From an uncultured Gemmatimonadaceae bacterium (GTDB taxonomy: Bacteria > Gemmatimonadota > Gemmatimonadetes > Gemmatimonadales > Gemmatimonadaceae), in assembly GCA_963781585.1 (NCBI GenBank), contig CAWAGQ010000008.1, positions 64,001-128,000 of the forward strand: a stretch of 64,000 nucleotides of DNA, given 5' to 3'. Position 1 is the stretch's first letter. Every line of letters starts with the position of its first letter. Positions 52,130-63,101 of this stretch are shown here, one piece after another. Below the pieces are notes generated by a model. The model ran no database searches. It was given only the letters and a program-made list of their open reading frames with translations, and had not been told where the DNA came from. The position numbers and the translations under genes are program-made.

Positions 52130-52969
52130 TCATGGCTTCTTCGCGCTGTCGGGGTCGGGAGGGCGGCGGGTGCGGTAGCCGTCGGCCGCCTTCGTCAGGA
52201 AGTAGTTCACCGCATCGTAGCCGGCAGTCGACTGGAACTCGGATGCGGCGTCACCCATCACCATGACCATCTGCTGGACGCTGGCCCGCTCATACTCTTC
52301 GAGCTTGGGAACGACGTTCGTCCTGAGGTATTCTCCGTAGGCGCTCAGCCAGGTCTGGAGCCTGCCCTCCGGACCCAGATATCCCATGCAGGCCTTGTCG
52401 TACTCCGTCTTCAGCTGCGCCAGCAGCGTGTCGTACTTCTTCTGATCGGCCGCATCCGGAAAATAGAACTCGGCTTCGGCGGGCTTCGACCTGGTATCGA
52501 TGAGCTGTTTTATCGCCTGCTGGACCGGTACCTGCGCCTTCTTGGTCGCCGCGCCGAACTCCTCCAGCAGTCCCTTGAATTCCTCATCCTTGTACACATC
52601 CTTCCCGCCAAAGAGTGATGTGATGTCCGCCGACGCGGTTTTCGCGGCCTGCATGGCCTTCATGGCCTCCTGCGGGTTCTTCATCATGTACGCTTGCATG
52701 TTCTGCGCCTTGGTGGCGCCATCTATTGAACCGAACCGCTCTCTGACGTCGCCGTTGATTTTCTCCTGCTTCGCTTCGTCCGCCTTGTTGGCCTCGATGG
52801 CCTTGTCCAACCGGTCGGCGATGTCGTTGGCCGGATCGCACGTCTTCGGAAGGTCCGGGACGACCCGCCACGGATCAGCCTTCGTCCCGGACTGCGCGCC
52901 GAGCGTGCCGTGCAGCAACGGCAGGGCGGCGAGCACACAGGTGGCGATGCGAGACGCGAGTCTTGTCAT
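52130..52969 (-). CDS. Secreted helical hypothetical protein
   Basis: Signal peptide; host-like codon use; start at 52969 inferred. Confidence 0.65.
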   Translation of the reverse strand: MTRLASRIATCVLAALPLLHGTLGAQSGTKADPWRVVPDLPKTCDPANDIADRLDKAIEANKADEAKQEKINGDVRERFGSIDGATKAQNMQAYMMKNPQEAMKAMQAAKTASADITSLFGGKDVYKDEEFKGLLEEFGAATKKAQVPVQQAIKQLIDTRSKPAEAEFYFPDAADQKKYDTLLAQLKTEYDKACMGYLGPEGRLQTWLSAYGEYLRTNVVPKLEEYERASVQQMVMVMGDAASEFQSTAGYDAVNYFLTKAADGYRTRRPPDPDSAKKP

Positions 52970-53051
52970 GGTGATCCGCTCCGGGGTTGCCGCGCCAGCG
53001 GCGTCGGTGGATTGTTTCGATACTGCGCTCATTCGCTGCGGGGACTCCGGG

Positions 53052-54236
53052 TCACGACCCTGAATACCGCGCCCACGGAGCGGGCCAGAGGCGGCCATCG
53101 AGCCCGACCCCGACCACCTGGTATTCGTAGATCAGGCCGGGGGTTGGAATGGCGTCGACGAAGCCGGGGGTGGGTATCGGCCGCGGCGTGAGCTGCGTCA
53201 GATCAGCGGTCGTTCCGTCTGTTCGCACCGTTCGGCGCCACACGACGTAGCCGGCTACCGCCCAGGCGGCGCACCACGTGACGCCCACCTTGCCGCCGGC
53301 GCCGGCCGCGAGGACATTCCCGGGCGTCGTGTAGGCCGGGGTGAAATACGGGACGTTAGGCGACTTGACAGTCGACATGTCCGGCATCACTGCGGTGACC
53401 GTGTACCCGTACGGTGTCCCTGGCGCGGGGAGCGCGTCGGTGAACGTCAGCGCCGCGAGCGTCCCCTGCGTGAGCATCACTGCGGGGCCCAGTCTGCCCA
53501 TGGCATCGATTGGCGCCCGGGACAGTGAGTAGCCGACCGCGCCGGCGGTGGCCGTCCAGCTGAGCGTTGCCTTGTCGCCCGCGCCGACGACCGTCACCAC
53601 CGGCGGGGTCGCCGCTGCCGGAGCGGAGTAGCGCACCCAAGTCGACGGGTACGTCGCACCGGAGGGATCGGCGGAGACTACCTGATACTCGTAGGTCGTG
53701 CCCAGCGCCGGGAGTGCGTCGGCAAAACTGGTTGCCGCGATCGGCGCCGGCGTGCGTTGACTGAGATCGGCCACGCTGCCGTCGGTCTTCACGGTGCGCC
53801 GCCAGACGTTGTAGCCGGTCACGCTCATCGCCGCGGCCCACGAAACGGTCGCCTGGCTGCTGGCGCCGCTGACCGCGACGTTCGTGGCGGTCGTGAACGC
53901 CGGAGTCGCATACCGAACCGGCGCACTCGACACCGTCCCCGTCCGTGCTGTCGCGTCGATGCGGTATTCATAGAGTGCGGACGGCTTCGGCAGCACATCG
54001 GAGTACGTTCCAATGGTGAGCGTGGCGACCGACGCCCAGTCGGTCAGGCTCCGCACCATCCCTCTCGGATCGACGCTGATTTCGTGCCGCATCACTGCAT
54101 ACCGCGTCGGACCCGCGAGCTGACTCCAGCTGAGGGTGGCCTGGTTCGCGGTGCCGTTGACCGTGACGCTGATCGTGGGGGTCTGCGCCGCGAGGGGAGC
54201 GGCAAGGAAGGCCGCCAGCAGTACAGCGTGCGTCAT
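53052..54236 (-). CDS. Secreted fibronectin type III-like repeat protein
   Basis: Four units of LSW..GY.V.R..F.D.LP..G..YEY.V. Confidence 0.75.
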   Translation of the reverse strand: MTHAVLLAAFLAAPLAAQTPTISVTVNGTANQATLSWSQLAGPTRYAVMRHEISVDPRGMVRSLTDWASVATLTIGTYSDVLPKPSALYEYRIDATARTGTVSSAPVRYATPAFTTATNVAVSGASSQATVSWAAAMSVTGYNVWRRTVKTDGSVADLSQRTPAPIAATSFADALPALGTTYEYQVVSADPSGATYPSTWVRYSAPAAATPPVVTVVGAGDKATLSWTATAGAVGYSLSRAPIDAMGRLGPAVMLTQGTLAALTFTDALPAPGTPYGYTVTAVMPDMSTVKSPNVPYFTPAYTTPGNVLAAGAGGKVGVTWCAAWAVAGYVVWRRTVRTDGTTADLTQLTPRPIPTPGFVDAIPTPGLIYEYQVVGVGLDGRLWPAPWARYSGS

Positions 54237-55513
54237 TGCTTCACCACCTCCACCCGGCGATTCTGCGCCCGCCCCGCCGCCGTGGCATTCGGAACGGCCG
54301 GCTTGGTGTCGCCGAATCCCTTCGTCGTGATGCGGTCCGCGTCGGCGCCGAAGTCGGACACCAACGCCGTCTTCACCGCCGCGGCACGCGCGTCACTCAG
54401 TGTGAGATTGTTCGCCGCCGAGCCCACGTTGTCGGTATGCCCTTCGATCAGGATCTTCAGGTCCGCATGCTGCTTCATGGTCGCGGCGATCTCCTTCAGC
54501 ACCGGCCGCGATTCGGGCTCGAGGTCCGCCTTTCCGGTGGCGAACAGAATTCCCTGCGTCACCCACCGGCCCTTGGCCGTGAGCGCGTCGTACAGCACGT
54601 CGGTCTCGCTCTCGGCCACCCGGATGCTGGTGATGAACAGCGCCTGATCCTTCTCCTCGCTCCCGCCCAGCAGCACGCGGATGACGGTGTCGCGCTTGAA
54701 CTGGAGCTCGGGATTGTTGTAGAGGCGCTTTTCGTTCGTGTACATCTTGAAGTACGCGCTGTCCATCAGGATCCGGAGGTGGGCTACCTTGCCGTAGTAC
54801 TGCTCGGCCACTTCGGCCGGGGGATGCAGCTGGCTGGTGCTCATGTTCTGCCCGCCCCCGATGATGAACGCATTATGCGTATGCCAGTTGATTTCGGCCG
54901 AGTTCGGGCTCCGGTCCATCGCCACGCCGCCCTCCACGCTCACCAGCGGCGAGGTGCTCGGATAGACCGACGGGATGAGGACGTCGATCTCCAGGGTGAA
55001 CCGCTGGGGGAGTGTCCGCCCGAGCGGGATCAGGAGTGTCGAGGCTCCGATCGCCCGGAGCATCTTCACGTCATCGCGCTCCACCACGTCCATGGGGCCG
55101 CCCACGTACTTCAACCCGCGGGCGAAGTTCCCGACCTTGTCCTCGGAGAAGTCGGTGTAGAAGAGCACCTTGTTCCCGGGGACGAAGTCGTAGTTCTCCC
55201 AGATCTTCGGATCGGCCTTCGCCGCGGGTTGCGACCCGCCGGGGGTTGCCGCGGTGGGGGCCTGCCCGGACGGCGGCGCCTGTCCGGATGCCGGCGCCGC
55301 TCCTCCCGCCGCGGTAGGCTTCGCGGAATCGGCGGCGGCTTTCGCCTTGGCACTGTCGTCCGCGGACTTCTTGGCCGCGTCGTCGATCTTCTTCTTCGCG
55401 GCTTCGGCCTTCTTCTTCAGCGAACCGAGTCCCTGCGCGGAACCGGCGCCGGGAGATGCGACGGCGAACGCAATCGCCGCCAGACCGATTGCAGACCACC
55501 TCATGACGTGCAT
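54233..55513 (-). CDS. OmpA-family peptidoglycan-binding protein
   Basis: ILFATGKA, IEGHTDNVG..NLTLSDARA and GRAQNRRVE; YDFVPG..LFY.DF domain. Confidence 0.9.
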   Translation of the reverse strand: MHVMRWSAIGLAAIAFAVASPGAGSAQGLGSLKKKAEAAKKKIDDAAKKSADDSAKAKAAADSAKPTAAGGAAPASGQAPPSGQAPTAATPGGSQPAAKADPKIWENYDFVPGNKVLFYTDFSEDKVGNFARGLKYVGGPMDVVERDDVKMLRAIGASTLLIPLGRTLPQRFTLEIDVLIPSVYPSTSPLVSVEGGVAMDRSPNSAEINWHTHNAFIIGGGQNMSTSQLHPPAEVAEQYYGKVAHLRILMDSAYFKMYTNEKRLYNNPELQFKRDTVIRVLLGGSEEKDQALFITSIRVAESETDVLYDALTAKGRWVTQGILFATGKADLEPESRPVLKEIAATMKQHADLKILIEGHTDNVGSAANNLTLSDARAAAVKTALVSDFGADADRITTKGFGDTKPAVPNATAAGRAQNRRVEVVKQ

Positions 55514-55577
55514 CGCTTCCTCCTTGCACCAGTCCCGTCGGGTTGGAGCGATCCTGACCTGCGATTCTGAGCCGCGC

Positions 55578-56609
55578 TCACGGCCGTGCCCCCTCTCCCC
55601 TCAACCGCACCACCTGATTCCGCTTGAACTCCGCACCGCTTACCACCTTCGCCGTGGAGTACCGGGCCTCGACACTCTCGATCACCACCTCGCCCACCAG
55701 CTTGTCCGGTGAACCCAGGTTCCGGCCGGTCTCCGGATCGAGCAGCTCCGGCTGCGGATCGAAGATCTCGAGCGCCATGCCCGGCTGCATCCCGTAGCCC
55801 GCGCCGGCGTTCACGTACACCACGCCGTCACGGAAATCGATCACCCGGGCGCTCCACTTCATCTTCGGGACGCTGGCGATGATCCCGGCGACCGACTTCT
55901 GGATCGCCTCGCGCGAAGCCCTGCCTAACGGCGTGGACAGCGCCACCGAGCCGTCGTAGTGCTTCTCGTCCCTGGTGAGGTCGGCGGTCACGCCCTGCTG
56001 CGCTGCGCTGCCGTCCCCCTTGATCGACGCGATCACCTCGCCCGTCACCGCGTCGATCAGTCGCAGATCGATGCTCACCGACGCCGCAACGCGCTCAATG
56101 CCGGCGTCAAGTCCCTTGATCACGTTGGTGAGCTTCCCGCCGACCGCCGAGCGGTTGAAGGCGAAGCTCGTGATGTCACCGGAGATCAGCACCTGCGCGC
56201 CCATCAGCTTTCCCACTTCGGCCGCCGTCTCCTTGTTCACACGCCCCGAAGCGCCAAGGTCCTGCTCCTGCTGCACCTGCGACAGCGCCTGCCGCTCCAG
56301 CACGATGAAGCGGGAGGTCGCGACCAGCGACGTGGTGAGCGCCTCGGTCAGCGAGCGCGCGAATTCCGCTGGCGCCGGAATCGCGATCGTGGTCTGAGTG
56401 GTCTGCTGGTATCCGCCGCCCGGCGCCATCCCCGGTTGCCCCATCTGCGTCATCTGTATCCGCAGGGCGGTCCCCGACAGGTCCATGACCGCGACCCGCA
56501 GCCGCGGCGTGACCATCGGCGCCGTCGGCGTCGCTGGCACTTGCGCGTTGCCGCTAGCGGGTGGCGCCAGCATCGTCACCAGGGCGAGACCGCGCAGGAC
56601 ATGCCTCAC
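55578..56609 (-). CDS. CsgG/HfaB family protein with FlgT-like C terminus
   Basis: RFIVLERQAL..V.QEQ, GAQVLISGDITSF, DLRLIDAVTGEV and VYVNAG; GTGA overlap with the upstream gene. Confidence 0.82.
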   Translation of the reverse strand: MRHVLRGLALVTMLAPPASGNAQVPATPTAPMVTPRLRVAVMDLSGTALRIQMTQMGQPGMAPGGGYQQTTQTTIAIPAPAEFARSLTEALTTSLVATSRFIVLERQALSQVQQEQDLGASGRVNKETAAEVGKLMGAQVLISGDITSFAFNRSAVGGKLTNVIKGLDAGIERVAASVSIDLRLIDAVTGEVIASIKGDGSAAQQGVTADLTRDEKHYDGSVALSTPLGRASREAIQKSVAGIIASVPKMKWSARVIDFRDGVVYVNAGAGYGMQPGMALEIFDPQPELLDPETGRNLGSPDKLVGEVVIESVEARYSTAKVVSGAEFKRNQVVRLRGEGARP

Positions 56610-57070
56610 GGAATCGTCCTCTCCGCATAGTTGTTTCCCGGTACCGGGTCCGGCGTGCTGCTGTACGTGAACACGCCGAAGCGCTTGCGCAGGCCATCGG
56701 CCGGGAGCGTGGTAGAGACGGCGACCTCGCGGAATCCGCCATTGGGAATGGCACCGAGGTCGCACAGTACCGTGGCGCGTAACGCGGGGACCATGGACGG
56801 ACCGGCCGAGGCCGCGCACCCGGGTCCGAGGCGCTCGATGTCGACGCCCACCGGGAGCAGAAACAGGAGACGCGCATCGCGGGCGTCGTCCTTGTTCTCC
56901 GTATAGATGATCACGCGCGCGCTCATGTTCGTGCGCGTCCGTGTCACCTCGAGTGTGCGGATCTGGATGTCGGCCTGCCACAACTGCGACTGCGGCATGC
57001 CCGACGGCAGGCCGGCACCGAGGGCGACCAGCAGGAGCCCCAGGGCAGTGAAGGTGCGTGCGACTCTCAT
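56606..57070 (-). CDS. Secreted Ig-like (DUF11-like) protein
   Basis: ADIQI, CDLG.I and STPDPVPGNN. Confidence 0.65.
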   Translation of the reverse strand: MRVARTFTALGLLLVALGAGLPSGMPQSQLWQADIQIRTLEVTRTRTNMSARVIIYTENKDDARDARLLFLLPVGVDIERLGPGCAASAGPSMVPALRATVLCDLGAIPNGGFREVAVSTTLPADGLRKRFGVFTYSSTPDPVPGNNYAERTIP

Positions 57071-57222
57071 GGCGGGCGATCTTAGCCTGCGCCTGTCAGC
57101 CGCGCGTCCGGCCTGCGTCAGTGCGGCGTCAACCCCCTCGTGCTAATCGAGTTGGATAGTCGAGACCCCGCGGCGACCACTCCAGTGTCTTCGTCGATCT
57201 GATGGCGCCTGGCCTCGCCGCG

Positions 57223-58392
57223 TCAGTCGCAGTCGAGCGACGGATCGATCTCGCACGCGAGCGGCGACGCATCCCCGGTTGCTGCCCGACGAGGCTCGGT
57301 CGTCACATGAAGCGTCTCGTCCGCCGAGAGCAGATAGTGGCGGTAGTGCGCCATCGCCGTGATCTCGAATCGGCCAGGCGAGAGGAGCGTGTAGCTCATC
57401 GCGGTGGGAAGCGACCATGGCTGCGGGGCGCCGGCCGGCTCCTTGAGATTCACCTCCAACAGACTCCCGCCGTCTTCTGCCGGAGTGCCAGACACGCGAA
57501 TCCGCAGGTCCGGACATGACCGGCGCACTTCGCTTCGCTGAGGCAGGTAGCGCCAGCCCACGTCGACCTCCTGGAGGGACGCCCCCGCCGCGAGGAGACA
57601 GGCGCGCATCCGCTTCATCGCGGGAATCGGGGTTCGGGCAACGCGTGACGGCGCCGAAGCTGAATCCCGGATGCGAAGCAGGTCCCGGCTGTCCAGTTCG
57701 AGGATCGGGCCCGCGCGATTCAGCAGCGGTTCGGGGCGCAACGTGATCAGAAACCCCGGGCCGCCCCAGCGCGACGGGACGTTCGCCGCCGACAGAGTCC
57801 ATCGCCATCCCTTGTCGGCCTCGCGGTGAAAGCGCAGCGGCCACTTTGCGTCGATGTCGCGCGCGTCCCGTCTGAAGCCGCGACAGACATCCGGCTCCGT
57901 CAACTCCATCGCGCCGGGAACGCGACTGCCCGATCCTTCTGCCAACTGCGGTCCGACGCACGTCTCCTCGAACTGCTGCGCTCGAAAGATCGCGGTCTCG
58001 ATGCTGAGCGGTTCATCGCGCCAGGCCGCGAGCCAGGCGCGCTCTTCCTGCGCGTGGCGGCGCGCCATGCGGAGCGGCGCGGTGACCCGCAGAAGGTAGA
58101 ACTGCAACGGCTCCCACCACACCCTGGTGAAGACCCCGCGCTCCGGAAACGTCGCAAGCATCATGACACCGAAGAAGCCGATACTCACCGCGCGTGTGCG
58201 CGGAAGGAGGAGCATCACCGCCGCGACTGCCAACGTGGTCACCACGAAGCCACGCGCCGGCGGTGGGTTGGGCGGCATTCCGGGCATCAGCAGGAGCGTC
58301 AGGCCGAAGCAGGTGACCGCGCCGAGCACGAGGCCAAACGGCCTGGCGAGCAGGAACGTCCACGCCGCGCGGACGACACCTGCGAGACTCAT
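57223..58392 (-). CDS. Hypothetical membrane-anchored protein (paralog 1)
   Basis: N-terminal TM helices; strong similarity to 58427-59596. Confidence 0.75.
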   Translation of the reverse strand: MSLAGVVRAAWTFLLARPFGLVLGAVTCFGLTLLLMPGMPPNPPPARGFVVTTLAVAAVMLLLPRTRAVSIGFFGVMMLATFPERGVFTRVWWEPLQFYLLRVTAPLRMARRHAQEERAWLAAWRDEPLSIETAIFRAQQFEETCVGPQLAEGSGSRVPGAMELTEPDVCRGFRRDARDIDAKWPLRFHREADKGWRWTLSAANVPSRWGGPGFLITLRPEPLLNRAGPILELDSRDLLRIRDSASAPSRVARTPIPAMKRMRACLLAAGASLQEVDVGWRYLPQRSEVRRSCPDLRIRVSGTPAEDGGSLLEVNLKEPAGAPQPWSLPTAMSYTLLSPGRFEITAMAHYRHYLLSADETLHVTTEPRRAATGDASPLACEIDPSLDCD

Positions 58393-58426
58393 GTCGATAC
58401 GGGAGCAATCCCCCGATGCGGGTTCA

Positions 58427-59596
58427 TCACTCGCAGTTGATCTTCGGATCGATCTCGCACGCGAGCGGCGGTGTATCCGTCGTCCGTGCCGGACGATCTT
58501 CGGTGGTGACGTGCAGGGTGCTGTCCGCCGCCAACAGATATCGCCGAAAGTGCTCGGCGCCGTGCAACTCGAAGAGTCCTGGGCCGAGGACGGTGCAGCC
58601 CATCGAAATGGGCCGGGACCAGACCTGCGCCGATCCATCCGGCTCCTTGAAGCTCACCTGGAGTTCCTGGGTGCCCTCGCGCTCCACGGTGCCTGATACG
58701 GTGATGCTCACATCACGGCACGCACGACGTGTTTCGGTGGCGTTCGGCAGGTTCGTCCAGCGTTGCAGATCGTCCGGAATCATCGCTCCGGCCGCAAGCA
58801 GGCATTCGCGCACTCGCTGCATGGCGGGAATCGGCGTGCGTGCGATGCGCCACGGCGCGGAAGACGAATCGCTGATGCGGAGCAGGTCCTGTCCGTCGAG
58901 TTCGAGGATCGGACCGGCCCGGCCGAGGAGCGGCTCGGGCCGGAAGGAGATCAGGAAACCCGGGCCGCCCCAGCGCGACGGCGTGTTCGAGGCAGACAGC
59001 GTCCAGCGCCACCCCTGGTCGCCCCGCTCGCTGAATCGATGCGGCCAGACCATGGGGATGTCGAGCGCATCGTTCCGGAAGCCGCGGTAGTCGTCGGGCT
59101 CGGTGAGCTCCATCGCCGAAGGCACGCCGGGCTGGGTCCGCTGCGCGAGTACCTTGCGTACCACGTCGGATTGCAGCTGGCGCGCCCGGAAGATCCCGGC
59201 GTCGATCGGGAGCGGGGTGTCGCGCCAGCGGGCAAGCCACGCGCGCTGTTCGCGCGAACGCCGCATGGACATCCGGATGGGGGCGGTTGCCACGCCAACG
59301 TAGTGTGCAACCGGCTCTACCCAGATGCGGGTATAGAAGCCGCGTTGGGGAATGGTGGCGATGACCAACGCCCCCAGAAAGCCGAGCGCGAACGCGCGCA
59401 CGAACGGCACGACCAGCAGCGCCGCGACCACGAGCAGCATCGTGAAGATGACGCTGCGTTTGACCCCGTTGCCACCGCTGTCGAACACGTACAGCAGTGG
59501 CGTGAGCACGGCGAACACGAGACCGCCGGCCACGAGGACCGGGCTCCAGTGAAAGAGCCATACCAACGCCAGCTCGAAGACGGACTTGGGCCGCAT
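58427..59596 (-). CDS. Hypothetical membrane-anchored protein (paralog 2)
   Basis: Shares WRWTLSA.N.PSRWGGPGFLI and PLACEIDP with paralog 1. Confidence 0.75.
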   Translation of the reverse strand: MRPKSVFELALVWLFHWSPVLVAGGLVFAVLTPLLYVFDSGGNGVKRSVIFTMLLVVAALLVVPFVRAFALGFLGALVIATIPQRGFYTRIWVEPVAHYVGVATAPIRMSMRRSREQRAWLARWRDTPLPIDAGIFRARQLQSDVVRKVLAQRTQPGVPSAMELTEPDDYRGFRNDALDIPMVWPHRFSERGDQGWRWTLSASNTPSRWGGPGFLISFRPEPLLGRAGPILELDGQDLLRISDSSSAPWRIARTPIPAMQRVRECLLAAGAMIPDDLQRWTNLPNATETRRACRDVSITVSGTVEREGTQELQVSFKEPDGSAQVWSRPISMGCTVLGPGLFELHGAEHFRRYLLAADSTLHVTTEDRPARTTDTPPLACEIDPKINCE

Positions 59597-59737
59597 GGGG
59601 ACAGGAATGAGGTCGTTGTGAGAGACTGGTGGCGCCGTCGCTCCGCAACGCAAACCACGCGACATCGGCCACTGACGTCGGCCACGTCCGATGCTCGATC
59701 GTGCCGGTGCCGGCGCCGCCGGCGTTCGTACGTGACC

Positions 59738-60163
59738 CTATGGGTAGAGGCAGGCGGGCCAGGTCGTCCGTACGCCTCGCCTCAGAGAGAATGGCCCGAA
59801 GGACGTCGCGAGGGACGGCACCGTAACCGTGATCGTCATCTCGCTCGCCAGGACCGTGCCCGAGTACGTCGCGGCGTAGGACACCCGGCCCGGATAGACG
59901 CCGGTGAGTTGTGTGTAGGTGCCGGACAGCTGGAAATGGCCCGATGGGATCGGGACGGGGACGTCACCGTAGGAGCCGTAACAACCGCCACTCGCCAGGA
60001 TCTGCAGGACCGCGCCGTCACCGGTGACGCTGAGGCTCGCCTGTTGCGATCCCCAGACTCCCGCAGCACTGGGCGACGTCGGGGAACAGGACGCGGAGCT
60101 CAAGAGCACAACGCACGGCCACAGTGACATCGCGATCGCACGCACGCGCCGGACGCGGAGCAT
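59738..60163 (-). CDS. Hypothetical lipoprotein
   Basis: SASC lipobox-like, GVWG and C-terminal CL; start uncertain. Confidence 0.55.
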   Translation of the reverse strand: MLRVRRVRAIAMSLWPCVVLLSSASCSPTSPSAAGVWGSQQASLSVTGDGAVLQILASGGCYGSYGDVPVPIPSGHFQLSGTYTQLTGVYPGRVSYAATYSGTVLASEMTITVTVPSLATSFGPFSLRRGVRTTWPACLYP

Positions 60164-60177
60164 CGCCCAGCCTGTCG

Positions 60178-61651
60178 CTATCGCTGCGCCTGGATCTGTT
60201 TCGCTACGCGCTCCGTCTCTTCCATCACCCGCAGCACGTTTCCGCCCCACAGCTTGATGATCTGGTCCTCCGTGTAGCCGCGCCTCACGAGTTCGGCGGT
60301 CACGTTGATCGCCTCGCTCGTGCAGTTGTAGCCGTCGATGCCGCCGCCCCCGTCGAAGTCAGAGCTGATTCCGACATGATCGATGCCGATGAGTTTCACC
60401 GCGTAGTCGATGTGGTTCACGAAGTCCTGCACGTTCGCGCGCACCGGCGGCGGCGGCGGATATTTCGCGTTGATGTCGTCCAGCCGCGACTGAAAACGCG
60501 CCTGGGTGGCGCTATCCATCGCCGCCAGCGGATTACCGCGGCCGCCGCCCCCGCCCCCGCGCGCTCCGCCTCGACCCGCGCGGCCACCACGCGCGCTGCC
60601 TCGGGCGCCACCTGCTGGGGACGCCGCCGCGGCGTAGCCCACACTGCACGCCGCGCTGCGAACAGGGGCAGTACCAGCGCCGCCACGCGCCGCTCCACCG
60701 CCACGACCCACGGCGGCTACCGGCACGTTGAATTCCTGCGCCAGCGCTGCCAGCGCCGCCGTGCGCTCCGCCGACGGCGGCGCCGCGCATTTCACATATC
60801 CCGAGAATGCCACCGTCTGCATCACGCCGCCGTTCTTCTTCAGCGCCAGCAGCTGCTCGTCGTCCAGATCGCGTGACGCAGTGGGGCACAGCGCGCGCAC
60901 CGCCGAGTGTGACGCGATCACCGGCGCCCTGCTGTTGGCCATCACCCACATGTTCGATTCCTTCGACGGATGGGAGATGTCGAGCATGATCCCCCACTTG
61001 TTCGCCTCGGCCACCACCTGCTTGCCGAGCGGACTCACGCCGTGCCACTTCCACTCGTTGTTCGACTCGCCGGTGTTGGAGTCGGAGAGCTGGTTGTGCC
61101 CGTTGTGGGCAAGCGAGAGGTATCGCCCGCCGCGGTCGTAGAACTCCTTGACTCGCGTGATGTCCTCGCCGATGCCGTAGCCGTTCTCGACACCCATCAG
61201 CGCGATGAGCTTCCCCTTGGCGTGGATCCGCCGCACGTCGGCCGCGGTGAGCGCGAGCTCGATCTGGTCCGGCGCCAGCTTCTCCACCAGGTGGTGGACG
61301 GCATCGAACTTCGCGACATCGGTTTCGTACGCCCGCTGGTATCCCTCGGGGGTGAGATCCCCCTGCCCCACGTAGATACTGAAGAAGATCCCGTTCATCC
61401 CGCCGTTCTTCATCTTCACCAGGTCCACCTGGTGCGGATGGCCGGTGCGATAGTTCGGCGCGGTGTCGCCCATGAACGACGGCTCGATGTCGACGTGAGT
61501 GTCGATCTTGATCGCCTTATCATGGATGGCGCGGGCCCGCGCCATCAGGGCGGCATCGGGCTGCTGGGCGCAGAGCGGGAGCGCAAGGAACGCAACCAGG
61601 GGCGCGACCGCCCACTGCGCAACGCGGGGGCAGTTGAGACGTGCGCGTCAT
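60178..61651 (-). CDS. Membrane dipeptidase (M19), frameshift in the G5 run near 61628
   Basis: IDTHVD, LDISH, IASHS and HVGISSDFDG; signal-peptide frame shifts at the homopolymer. Confidence 0.88.
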
Positions 61652-61786
61652 CGGGACCTCGACCGAACGGGTGTAGGAGAGGAGCGCTCGAGGGCGCCCG
61701 CGATAACGTATTCGGTCGCGACAGGTTCGGGGAGGCGGCACCGCCATTCCATTGAATTCGGCTGAGGCGCCGGTGAAATGGGACTG

Positions 61787-62321
61787 TTAGCGGAAGACCT
61801 CCTCGAGGTCGACCGCCAGCGATGTCGCGACGCCCTCCACCGTCCACGTGAGCCGGTCACGGGACTCCCGATCATCCCGTCCCGGGCGCACCGAGGTAAT
61901 GGCGCGCTGCCCGGGATCCACGATCCAGTACTCGGCGACACCCGCATCCATATAGAGGTCTCTCTTCTGCATGCGATCGCGGCGGCGCGTGGAGTCGGAG
62001 AGGACCTCCACGATCAGGATGGGCACGTGGCCAGTCCTCCCAGTCGATGTCAGGGCCCGGTGGCGGCTGACGTACCATGAGGTCGGGCTCCACCTCGGAG
62101 CCTTCGTAGCGCACTACCGCGCGGGGATGGTAGATGAATCCAAGCCCGTGCGTGCGTACGAAGGGTTCGAAGATCCGCGTCAGGCGCGCGAGTACAGTCT
62201 CGTGACCCGTGGTTGGCGTGGGCGTCACGAACAGCTCGCCCCGCACGAGCTCGTACTTGTTGCCGTCGTCGGGGAGGCTGTGCAGTTCCTCGAGCGTCCA
62301 TCTCTTGATCGTCGTGGCCAT
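61787..62321 (-). CDS. Uma2 family endonuclease, frameshift near 62026
   Basis: LPDDGNKYELVRGEL, EVEPDL, VEVLS.ST..D...KR.LY and EYWIVDP. Confidence 0.85.
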
Positions 62322-62727
62322 GTGCATGACGCCTGTCTCCCCGGCCGATTGCCACACGCGCGCATGCGCCGAGGGTAGCAGCGCGCCGGCAGGTCCCCGC
62401 CATCCCTCCGTCGCGCAGCGCATCACCACCCTGCACGATCGGCAAAGGTGAGTCGTGTGCCGAGCGTACGCTCGGCGGCCGTGCCGAGTCAAGACGGCCA
62501 CACGTCCGGAGTTTCGGAGTGCCGCTGCCGGGAGCGCCTCCGGCCGAGACCTCCGGGCGGCTTCCGTCCGTCCGATCGCGACCCACTCGCCTGGGCCGCA
62601 CGCCATCGCTGCGGCGACGCCGGACGTCCGATCACAGTGGCGGTTCGCGCCTCCTCGCCATGTGCGCCTCCGTGTGCTACCGTGAATGCCGTTGGAGCCC
62701 ATCCCCCCAGGTTCACAGGAGTGCCCC

Positions 62728-62937
62728 ATGGACGACGCAACGCGCGCCAGCGCCGGCACGAGGCGCTCGAACGGCGCCATCGCGCTGAGCATCATCGGGT
62801 CCGGCCTGGCCGGTGTGATCGCGATGCTTGCGGTGATCCCGGCCTGGTTCGCCCGCGACTGGATGGCCGTCGGCGTTCTCCTCGGAGCCGCGGGAATTTC
62901 ATTCGGACTGCTCGCCAACGCGCTCCTGCGGCAGTGA
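62728..62937 (+). CDS. Small two-TM membrane protein
   Basis: Two hydrophobic segments; plausible start. Confidence 0.5.
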   Translation: MDDATRASAGTRRSNGAIALSIIGSGLAGVIAMLAVIPAWFARDWMAVGVLLGAAGISFGLLANALLRQ

Positions 62938-63101
62938 TGCTCGTCGCGGTACATCGGCGGAGGAGCCGGGCGGGAGGCGACACGCGGAGCGCATGGCGCC
63001 TCTCCCCTGTGCGCCCCAGACAAGCAGAAGAGTCCGATGGGGATGCGCCGCCGCCCACCCTTGATTCACATCCACCACGTCATCTCCCCCGGAGCATCAC
63101 G

